Source: an uncultured cyanobacterium (GTDB taxonomy: Bacteria > Cyanobacteriota > Cyanobacteriia > Cyanobacteriales > Nostocaceae). Taken from it: a stretch of 64,000 bases of DNA. Shown piece after piece: positions 29,980 through 40,284 of this stretch. The stretch lies in assembly GCA_963706595.1 (NCBI GenBank), contig OY970166.1:3008001-3072000 (forward strand), given 5' to 3'. The position numbers were made by a program, and so were the translations under genes. The notes below the pieces were generated by a model. It was given only the letters and a program-made list of their open reading frames with translations. It ran no database searches and was not told the DNA's origin. Each line of letters opens with the position of its first letter. Within the stretch, counting starts at the first letter, position 1.

Positions 29980-30801
29980 CTAGGGTGTTTGGGGATTAAG
30001 TTTTGGGGTTGTTTGGTTCGTATGTACTAATGGGGATGCTGGATTTTTCAAATCAATGTAGTTTATTTGACTAAAATCAATTTTTGCAGATAACGCTCGC
30101 ATTTGGGCGAGGACTTTGATTTGTTCGCTTAACTGAGGACTAATAGCACCAAGATGTACATTTCCTAGTTCTGTTTTTAAAATGAGATTTGTGGGATTTT
30201 GCCAATCTATTTCCCTTATTTTCACAGAACTTTGACTTAGGGAAGAATAAACTTGACTCCAATAGGAGCGATATTGTTCTGGTGTGCCAACAACTTTGAG
30301 AGTTGGCAGTTTGATGCTGGGATTGACTAATCTGTATTTTTCTACGGGGATCAAAACGCCACTAGCATCTAATAAGCCCGCAGGTGAACTTTTTTTGGGC
30401 ATCTGAGCGATGGCTACAGGTATTCTTTCCTGAATTTCGATGTTTAATCCAGGAGGAAAAAGGCGGCGATTGACAGTTGCTTGGGCAATAGTAGGTTGTT
30501 GCTTCAAAGAGTCGGCGATCGCATTCGGTTGGATTCGCCATAAAGACTGAGGATAGGATATCACCAGTAATGACTGAATTGCTGCTGCCGATAGTAATTG
30601 ATCACCTGATTTGATCACAATTTGCTTGGGAGCATTTAGCACCCATATTGGTTGGAGTGCCACCCAGACCAAACCACCAGCTATGCCACTAGTGGCCAGA
30701 GTTCGCCAAATCGCCTGAATGATGGTTATCTGGCGCTGCCGACGGATTTTTTGACGGCGCTGGACTAAATCCTTTTGGGAAACTGATACTATGCCAGCCA
30801 T
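29980..30801 (-). CDS. ftsQ: cell division protein FtsQ/DivIB
   Basis: basic N-term, single TM, POTRA region (VNRRLFPPGLNIEIQER), YIDL..P; upstream of ftsZ. Confidence 0.88.
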   Translation of the reverse strand: MAGIVSVSQKDLVQRRQKIRRQRQITIIQAIWRTLATSGIAGGLVWVALQPIWVLNAPKQIVIKSGDQLLSAAAIQSLLVISYPQSLWRIQPNAIADSLKQQPTIAQATVNRRLFPPGLNIEIQERIPVAIAQMPKKSSPAGLLDASGVLIPVEKYRLVNPSIKLPTLKVVGTPEQYRSYWSQVYSSLSQSSVKIREIDWQNPTNLILKTELGNVHLGAISPQLSEQIKVLAQMRALSAKIDFSQINYIDLKNPASPLVHTNQTTPKLNPQTP

Positions 30802-31308
30802 TCAAACCTCTTTGTGGTTGCAGTTAAACAATTTTAGATTTTGGTTCGACCCACAGATAAATCCAGGGGCTTGTACTATTAAGGAACTATTGGTCAAATT
30901 ATTTACTCGGCTCGGTTTATAGATATTGGTTAGTTAACCTATCAGTATCTATTAATTTTTCTCCTCAAGATTTTTTCACATAAACTAGACCAGTATTTAA
31001 GTACTATAATGACTAGTATCTTTTCTATTCGAGTTTGCAGTGTTAAGTTTAAACCGAACGTAACCTTTTTGGCAGGTGGTAGCTATTACTAGCTGGTAAA
31101 AACTTCACAAAAAAAAGTACCGACTAACATAACACAATATGTAATATTAGTAATCCCGTTGACAGTAATGATATTCGGGAGAGACAAATTATGAGTTAAT
31201 TAGGCGCTGGCATGACTGGCGAGAAATTTTTTGTAGATCAGAAATTTTTAACCGAGAGCGTACATATCTGAATTTCCGACCATAGTTGTGAGCTTTTACC
31301 GAAAATAA

Positions 31309-31860
31309 CGCCAGCTGAAATTGCTGCAACAGCGTGTTTCCAGAAAACGATTAGGCTCGAACAATTGGAAGAAAGCACAAAAGAGAGTTGCCTCATTGCA
31401 TGAGTACGTTGCTAATTGTCGTAAAGATTGGCACAGAAAACTGTCTCACCAAATCTGTGACAGCGCCGGAATGGTGTTTGTTGAGGATTTAAATTTAGTT
31501 GGTTTGTCCCGTGGAATGTTGGGTAAACATTGCCTGGATGGGGGGTTCGGACAATTCTTTAATATCCTTGAACAAACTTGTTTTAAACGTGATGTCTATT
31601 TTCAAAAAGTAGATGCGCGGAAAACAAGCTAAATCTGTCCCAACTGCGGAATTAAGACAGAAAAGAAAGAATTTTCACAACGTACTCATGTTTGCTCAAA
31701 TTGCCGCTATACGACTGATAGAGATGTTGCAGCTGCTCAAGTAGTCGCAATCCGCGGACTTGCAGCCGTAGGGCATACGGTCAAGATGCTGGCTGAGGGT
31801 AAATTCATTGGAATCCCCGCGAAGCAAGAATCCTCGTACCTTTAGGTCGAGGAGTGTCAA
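31309..31860 (+). mobile_element. tnpB: IS200/IS605-family tnpB remnant (5' truncated, internal stop) with intact right end
   Basis: RKDWHRKLS, VFVEDL, KTS*ICPNCG (TAA 31630), HVCSNC..DRDVAAA; terminal hairpin TCCTCG..CGAGGA followed by GTGTCAA. Confidence 0.85.
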
Positions 31861-32246
31861 CAACTCAAAGAGCGATCGCCGGAGGCGGGGCTTTGCCTAT
31901 CGCTCTCTAATAAATCGGCACTCTTTTCCTGATCACCATAATTTTCCATCGCGGCTCGTGGCAAAGTGGCTAAAAAGGCTTTAAGTCTCATGCGCTCAAT
32001 GTAAGGCCAGCCGCCTTCAGACTCAATATCTTTGAGTAAAGAGTAGAGTTTTTGGCGGTTATCAGGCAAACTCTCCTGAAAAGCACTATCCCGAATATCT
32101 CGATGTAACTGTTCTAAATGCCGCAGCAAGCTCAAAAGAGCGATCGCATCTCCTTGAGAAACGCTAGCTACATCATGCACCGCCGTGGCGATCGCTTGCA
32201 GTTGTTCAGATAAATTTCCTGATTCCAAACCTTTTTGGTTGCTCAT
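31857..32246 (-). CDS. conserved cyanobacterial hypothetical protein
   Basis: LLRHLEQLHRDIRD..FQESLPDNRQKLYSLLKDIESEGGWPYIERMRL; start at MSNQKG assumed. Confidence 0.7.
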   Translation of the reverse strand: MSNQKGLESGNLSEQLQAIATAVHDVASVSQGDAIALLSLLRHLEQLHRDIRDSAFQESLPDNRQKLYSLLKDIESEGGWPYIERMRLKAFLATLPRAAMENYGDQEKSADLLESDRQSPASGDRSLSC

Positions 32247-32692
32247 GCAACTATCTCCGTGTAAATGAGGCCTACTCAAATTTACCGAAGATTCTTGGTT
32301 TTTATTCGTGATCACAAATTTTCTAGCGCATGAATAGATAAATAAAGGAGAAAATCATAAATTTTCATCGCCTAGAAATGCCTCCAGACGAGGATTATAG
32401 CTCCTACCTCCCTATTGAACACAAACAACCATCATCTATTCTCAAACACATTCATCACCTTTAGCACAGCCTGCCATCTGTGCTAAATACAAGCAAATAT
32501 TTTTCGATCAGATGAGAGAGCTTTGATCTTGAGTTAAAAAAAATCGTATGATCTGGCTAATTTCCCCATAAAGCAATGGACTGTATTTGTATCTGGTGAC
32601 AACACATAACATAATACAGAAACATTTGGGCAACACCGAAAATGCCATAGGCATTAGTTTTACAATATTAATTTTTGAGATTGAGGTTGACC

Positions 32693-33532
32693 ATGAGGTA
32701 TCGCGCTTTAATTGTTGCATTCTTGGCTGTATGTCTGGGGCTATTAACTGCTTGCAGTGATGCTCCCTCTTCTGCTTCTAGTGGTAGGGATTTACTTACT
32801 TACGAACAAATCCGAAACACTGGCTTGGCTAACAAATGCCCCCAACTGACAGAAACCAGCCGAGGTTCCATTCCCATTCAATCCAGCCAGTCTTATGCCA
32901 TCAAAGAACTTTGTTTAGAACCAACCAATTTCTTTGTCAAAGAAGAACCTGCTAATAAACGGCAAGTAGCAGAATTTGTACCTGGTAAATTGTTGACCAG
33001 ATACACTTCTACCATTGACCAAGTACAAGGTGACTTGAACGTTAACCCAGATAATAGCTTGACCTTTCTCGAATCTGATGGTTTGGACTTCCAAGCGATC
33101 ACCGTCAAACTTCCTGGTGGTGAATCCGTTCCTTTTCTGTTCACCATCAAAGATTTAGTTGCTCAAACCCAACCTGGTTTGACCAGTATCAACACCTCTA
33201 CGGACTTTGAAGGTACTTTCAAAGTTCCCTCCTACCGTGGTGCTTCTTTCCTCGATCCTAAAGGTCGTGGTGTCGTCAGTGGCTATGATAATGCCGTAGC
33301 TCTTCCAGCCCAAGCTGATGACGAGGAACTCACCCGCGCCAATGTTAAGAGTGTTAAAACTCTAGATGGCAAAATTTCACTGCAAGTAGCCAAAGTAGAT
33401 AGCGTTAGTGGTGAAATTGCTGGTACTTTCGAGAGCGAACAGCCATCTGATACTGATTTGGGTGCTGGCGAACCTAAAGAAGTTAAGATTCGGGGTCTGT
33501 TTTATGCGCGAGTTGAACCAAATCGCGGCTAA
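32693..33532 (+). CDS. psbO: photosystem II manganese-stabilizing protein PsbO
   Basis: MRYRALIVAFLA, TGLANKCP, VPSYRGASFLDPKGRG, FESEQPSDTDLG. Confidence 0.97.
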   Translation: MRYRALIVAFLAVCLGLLTACSDAPSSASSGRDLLTYEQIRNTGLANKCPQLTETSRGSIPIQSSQSYAIKELCLEPTNFFVKEEPANKRQVAEFVPGKLLTRYTSTIDQVQGDLNVNPDNSLTFLESDGLDFQAITVKLPGGESVPFLFTIKDLVAQTQPGLTSINTSTDFEGTFKVPSYRGASFLDPKGRGVVSGYDNAVALPAQADDEELTRANVKSVKTLDGKISLQVAKVDSVSGEIAGTFESEQPSDTDLGAGEPKEVKIRGLFYARVEPNRG

Positions 33533-33578
33533 GTTCTCTGGAATAATTCTGTAATCATTAACTTGATCGCAAAACTTT

Positions 33579-33619
33579 ACCCATTTGTTTCCTTTGGTCT
33601 GGAAGCAAATGGGTTTTTT
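33579..33619 (+). terminator. intrinsic terminator after psbO
   Basis: ACCCATTTGTTTCC...GGAAGCAAATGGGT followed by a T run. Confidence 0.7.
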
Positions 33620-34404
33620 CAGTCAGTTTTCCCTCATATTTCCTGCCATAACAACAGACAGGGCAGTTAGGACATGACCAGAAGAGGCAGGGGAGCAGGG
33701 AGCGGGGAGCAAGGGAGAAGGATTTTTAATTCCCCTGCCAAAAGGGATACAAGCCTCTGCATTTATGTATGCCAAACATAAAAATATTTATTATGCCTAC
33801 GGCACGCTGCGCGAACGAGACGCGCAAGTGCGAAAAATAATGCGTCCTTTTCCCAAGCCCCTGTATTTATGCATGGGGTTCTCCCCCCGGCACCCCGCCC
33901 CTTGTCCTCTTGCTTGACAAAATTCCCAAACCAATTCATGGGCATATTGCAATATGCCCCTCCTGATGAACTGATATAAAATTTGTATCAGTCACTGCAT
34001 AAATGTAAAGTTTAGATAAATTAAATTGATTCACAATAGTATTTTTACTGAAAAAGAATGTAAAGGAATCATAAAGTTTAATTCATTAAGCTTTATGACT
34101 AATTAATTAATTAATTGAATTCAGTAAAATTTCGGTTTTGAAAGTAAGCAATAATTTTATACACTGCCTAGTGTGTAGCTTAAATATCTACGCAAATTAA
34201 AAAATCCAACCAAAAATAAAAATACCAATCGCGCTTATTTGAATTTGGCTCGATTGTCCATTTAATCAGGTGTTTAGCCGTATTTTTGTGGCTTACACCA
34301 AATTTTGCTGGAAAAATCAACAAAGTTTTTCCGGAAATGTTTTGCAATCGCAAATTTTTTAAGCGGGTATTCACTGTTTTTTTAAATAAAATAAATGCGG
34401 TGCT

Positions 34405-35181
34405 ATGCCTACTACAGCCAGCAACGAACTGAAGCATGAGATTTGGCAGTTATTGCGAGAATATCAGCAATGTCGCTCTGAAACCATTCGCAATAAACTG
34501 GTAAAAATAAATTTTGGACTTGTACGAAAAGAAGCCCACTACTGGATGAATCAATGTCATGAAAATTATGATGATTTGATCCAAGTTGGTTGTTTGGGTT
34601 TAATTCGGGCTATTGAAAAATTTGAAGTTTCCAAGGGACACGCCTTCAGCTCCTTTGCTATTCCCTATATTCGGGGTGAAATTCAACATCATCTTCGAGA
34701 TAAAGGCGTTACAGTCCGGATTCCTCGGCGCTACTTAGCATTGCAACAGCAGGCCATAGGAGTCTCACGCTCTTTGCGCGAAAAATATAATCGTCAACCT
34801 ACCGACTCAGAATTAGCCGCAGCATTAGCAATTTCTCTCAACGAATGGCAAGAAATTAAACTCGCATGGGTCAATCGTTCCCCTCTCAGCTTGGATGTTC
34901 CTATTTTGGACTCAGAAGATGGAACCACCAGCCTGGGAGAATTAGTTCCAGATCCCCGTTATCGCAGCTTTCAACTGGCGCAAGAAGATCAAATTCGCCT
35001 GCAACAAGCACTATTTCAGTTAGAGAAATGTACTCGGGAAGTTTTGGAATGTGTATTTTTGCAGGATTTGACCCAAAAACAAGTCGCAGAACATCTGGGA
35101 ATTAGCGTAGTTACAGTTTCCCGCAAAGTCAAAAAAGGGCTGGGTTTGTTAAAGCAGCTGATGGGTGTTACAGAAGATTAA
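34405..35181 (+). CDS. sigF: group 3 RNA polymerase sigma factor (SigF/SigB family)
   Basis: DDLIQVGCLGLIRAIEKF, FSSFAIPYIRGEIQH.LRD, PLSLD, region 4 LTQKQVAEHLGISVVTVSR. Confidence 0.85.
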   Translation: MPTTASNELKHEIWQLLREYQQCRSETIRNKLVKINFGLVRKEAHYWMNQCHENYDDLIQVGCLGLIRAIEKFEVSKGHAFSSFAIPYIRGEIQHHLRDKGVTVRIPRRYLALQQQAIGVSRSLREKYNRQPTDSELAAALAISLNEWQEIKLAWVNRSPLSLDVPILDSEDGTTSLGELVPDPRYRSFQLAQEDQIRLQQALFQLEKCTREVLECVFLQDLTQKQVAEHLGISVVTVSRKVKKGLGLLKQLMGVTED

Positions 35182-35347
35182 TTAAGAGCAAGGTTAAGCT
35201 GCATTTGCTCTAGGCTGGTGGTGTTAAAAATAACCTTCAAAACTGCCAAAATTAGGTTATAAAGGTAACATAGTTTGCCTGAATACAAAATAGGCAATGT
35301 TGATTTCCACAAGTCGCAACGTTTCCTAGAGCTTTTGAGAACAGCTA

Positions 35348-36148
35348 ATGGACAAAAATTTCCCCATCGCATTTGTAGCTATTTCAATGTTAGCGATCGC
35401 TGGATGTACTATAGGAGGTACACCAGAGGCTACCGCTCCTACGCCCACTGAAACGCCAACAGCACAGTCGCCACCAGCAGCTGAATCCTTTAATAATCCT
35501 GTGGTGTCTACCAACGAAACCACAACAAATGCCTCTTCAACTCCTAACTTGATTCAACTCACTAATCCCACAGAACGGGAGCGGATAGTTTCAAAAGGAA
35601 GAAATGATCCATTTGCGGGAATTATTGGGCTGCCAACTCCTGTAGCGGCTACTACTACTACTACCAGGACGATTCCCGTCATACCTCCCCTACCTACTCC
35701 TAGAGTACAAAAACCCCCAACATCCAGCGCGGCGCTTTCCACCAGAACTACTACGGGAGCAAATCCACAAGCCAAGACACCGAAGCCTGATAATCGTCAG
35801 GCCTCAGTTATCCCAAAATTGATGCCCGGAGTCCTTTTAACTCCGACTCTAGGATCTGTCCTACCACCACCACCACAACCTGAGTTAGCTGAGGGAGTGA
35901 TGGTGACTGGTGTGGTGCTAATTGGTCAAAACCCCCAAGCAATTATTAAAGTACCCAATGAAAGCACAAGTCGCTACGTACAGGTAGGACAACAGCTGGC
36001 TGGTGGTTTGCTAATTAAACGTATTGAAATGAATGAAGGTTCCAATCCGATCGTCATTCTGGAACAATATGGTATTGAAGTTGCCAGAATGGTAGGTGAA
36101 GAACCTGTCAATTCAGCATCATCAGCGACTAATGTTGAAGCTTCATAA
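35348..36148 (+). CDS. Pro/Thr-rich putative lipoprotein, possibly PilP-like
   Basis: lipobox IAGC; GRNDPF; C-term beta domain VTGVV.IG..QAIIKVP..TSRYVQVGQ. Confidence 0.6.
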   Translation: MDKNFPIAFVAISMLAIAGCTIGGTPEATAPTPTETPTAQSPPAAESFNNPVVSTNETTTNASSTPNLIQLTNPTERERIVSKGRNDPFAGIIGLPTPVAATTTTTRTIPVIPPLPTPRVQKPPTSSAALSTRTTTGANPQAKTPKPDNRQASVIPKLMPGVLLTPTLGSVLPPPPQPELAEGVMVTGVVLIGQNPQAIIKVPNESTSRYVQVGQQLAGGLLIKRIEMNEGSNPIVILEQYGIEVARMVGEEPVNSASSATNVEAS

Positions 36149-36150
36149 AA

Positions 36151-36399
36151 ATGGAAACTCAAGAAAAAATTGAATTCCCTGGTTTACCTCTGGCTGTCTA
36201 TCGAGAAATAGCAGCTCATTTGCGTCAAGTGGAAGGAATAGAAGTGGGCTTAATTCGCCAATCATCTTCAGAGTTTAATTACAATCAAAGTCAAATTGCT
36301 GGCTTATGGATTTCTGGACTACCCAATTCCGGATTAGAAAGTCAGCAACGCGTACAGCAAATTTTGGCTTACTATCAAAACCGCTACGGTGTTTCATAG
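36151..36399 (+). CDS. conserved cyanobacterial hypothetical protein
   Basis: LPLAVYREIAAHLRQVEG; 2 bp after the previous stop. Confidence 0.7.
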   Translation: METQEKIEFPGLPLAVYREIAAHLRQVEGIEVGLIRQSSSEFNYNQSQIAGLWISGLPNSGLESQQRVQQILAYYQNRYGVS

Positions 36400-36628
36400 G
36401 CTGAATTTATCATTGCCCAATTTTCTGGAACTTGTAGATAACATTAGGCTTTTTTTGTTCACAGTGACCTTGTTAAACAGGTCTATTTTTTTTCTCCAAG
36501 TTGTTCACAAGTAAGTCTGTGCTAATATTTCCAGCTATACTAAGAAATTTTTATGTCGTCGGTTTTGTCGCCTAGCACTAACCACCTTCCACAATTCAAG
36601 GTACGTTATACTACCGCATAACAGATCG

Positions 36629-36801
36629 TAGTGGCGTGGCAAGCTTAAAATAGTGCATTAGGGAAAAAGCAGAAAACATTGATTTATCAAAATTTTCTCA
36701 AAAATCTATTGTGGGGTGGGCATTCTGCCCGCCCAGAACAGGCAAGATGCCTGTTCCACAAGAGAAACATAATGCAACATTTTAGGCTTGCCACACCAGT
36801 A
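36629..36801. mobile_element. MITE-like element
   Basis: imperfect TIR TAGTGGCGTGGCAAGCTTAAAAT / ATTTTAGGCTTGCCACACCAGTA; one matching end also at 13412-13445. Confidence 0.55.
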
Positions 36802-36909
36802 GAAATAATTGATATTTCTTCAGATACAGGGAATTATTCTCGCCGACTTACTTACTATTATTTTCTACTTACTAGTAACAACACTAAAATATCCGCATAT
36901 ACTAAACTA

Positions 36910-37089
<180 letters not shown>

Positions 37090-37835
37090 TTATGTTACCG
37101 ATACTTTTCGCTAATATTTGCTAACAAATACACTCACAAAGTGAAGGCGTATCAACCAATGCACGAAGGAAAATCCCTCGCGCACCATTTATAGCAACCG
37201 CCAAGGTAGTTAGGAGATGGCAAAAGTCTAAAACCCATCCACACCAAGCATTTCAATTTTGACTTTTGACTTTTGCTATAGATCCCTCGGCATCCCTCGC
37301 CCATCAGTTGGTGACTTGATGAATTTAGTATTAGCTTTAGTAATTTTATAAATCAGTTTATCTAGTCGAAAGCAAAGCTTTTGAATTTGGATATTAGCTA
37401 ACGCTCCAATTTTCCCATACCGTCCTCGGTGCAATATCCGTGTATAGAGAAAATTCTGGGATGGGCTACGCCCCGCCGGAGGCGATCGCAATTTACTATT
37501 GACCAGAAATATACAAGTTTTCTGAAAGTAAAAGAAAAACTTATGATTTGAATTGGAAATTACTTAGCAGATCCATGTATAGCGATCGCAAATTTGTGCA
37601 GATTTAAGGATAGACTTAAGCACATAGAAATTTTGTTCTTAATAGGTCTTGGTCTTGGTCTAGTAATTAATCCGGGAAAGCCACACCTTCGGGGCCAGTT
37701 CAGAGAGTGAACACCCTGTCGGCAGGTATTCGCGTAACACTTGTGCTGTAGGGATGAAGCGCTTCATCCTTACTTTTTAAAGCTAATTAGTTCACAATAA
37801 TCGCTCTTCGTTAGAGGAGTCATAAGGAGGTATGC

Positions 37836-39360
<1,525 letters not shown>

Positions 39361-39378
39361 ATCGAAACGACGCAGACC

Positions 39379-39409
39379 TAAAAACCGGGGCATGACCCCG
39401 GCTTTTTAG
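39379..39409 (+). terminator. intrinsic terminator after sbtB
   Basis: AAAAACCGGGG-CATGA-CCCCGGCTTTTT. Confidence 0.75.
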
Positions 39410-39759
39410 CTTAAACAGCAAGAAGCCTCTCACTTAACACGATAGCGGAAGTGATGAGATGAATTGCGCGTGAATTGACGACAGTCTCCCGACCAATGCG
39501 ACAGCGAGGAAGGGAGACACGGAGGAAACGAGCAAAATATTTTAAATTTGGTATAATCGATTTGGTTGACTTCACCCATATTGGTGTCTGATAAGCCTCT
39601 GTCCAATAGCATTACGATTATTGGTAAGCGACTCCGTTGCACAGCATAGAAGCAAGTAGGCACATCTTGATTAATACAGATCACCTCCGGGTTTGTCCTA
39701 TAGCGCGAATCAGCCAGCATCTCATCCAGGACAGTAAAATTTGTAGGGTACAAGGTAAG

Positions 39760-39880
39760 AAATTGCATAGTCTGCGGAGGGGCTTCTCGTGGACTTAAAA
39801 CAAAGCTCAGTCAATGTCTTCATAGAAGAGTCGCTGAGAAGCCTACACTGTATGCTTGCATCAGTGTAGGAGTATGTCAC
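39760..39880 (+). mobile_element. orphan right end of an IS200/IS605-type element
   Basis: GAGAAG-CCTACACTG-N11-CAGTGTAGG-AGTATGTCAC; subterminal hairpin plus TCAC tetranucleotide; left boundary uncertain. Confidence 0.5.
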
Positions 39881-39913
39881 TAGCCGTATTTCTTGCCTGT
39901 GGGACTTGGGTCT

Positions 39914-40003
39914 CAGTTGCAGCCCCTAACGCTCTGCTTTCTGATTGGTGGTCTGGTCATTGCCGCCCTCGGTAGCCAACTGCAAATTCCAGATGCGATC
40001 TAT
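39914..40003 (+). pseudogene. sbtA-like N-terminal fragment
   Basis: QLQPLTLCFLIGGLVIAALGSQLQIPDAI aligns to SbtA QLQSPTLSFLIGGMVIAALGSELIIPESI. Confidence 0.7.
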
Positions 40004-40284
40004 CCATCGGCGGCGCAGTTAATATTACCCAGTGGGGGATTTGCGGCGATCGCCTCTGGCGGGGCTTTGCCCATCACACGTCTTGAAGATCAGACACGGC
40101 GCAGAATTGAAATCCGCTTTACCCGGTTGGGGAAAGCGCAAGAAGTAAAGTAGTGATTAATCTTGCCGAACTGGGAAGCAAATAGTAACATTGGGTGATG
40201 CAATTGCTAGTTGCTGAAGTAAACTTGCTAGCAAGTTAATGGACAATCTTACTCAGCTGCTCTTCGGTCTGGGCGTAACTCATA

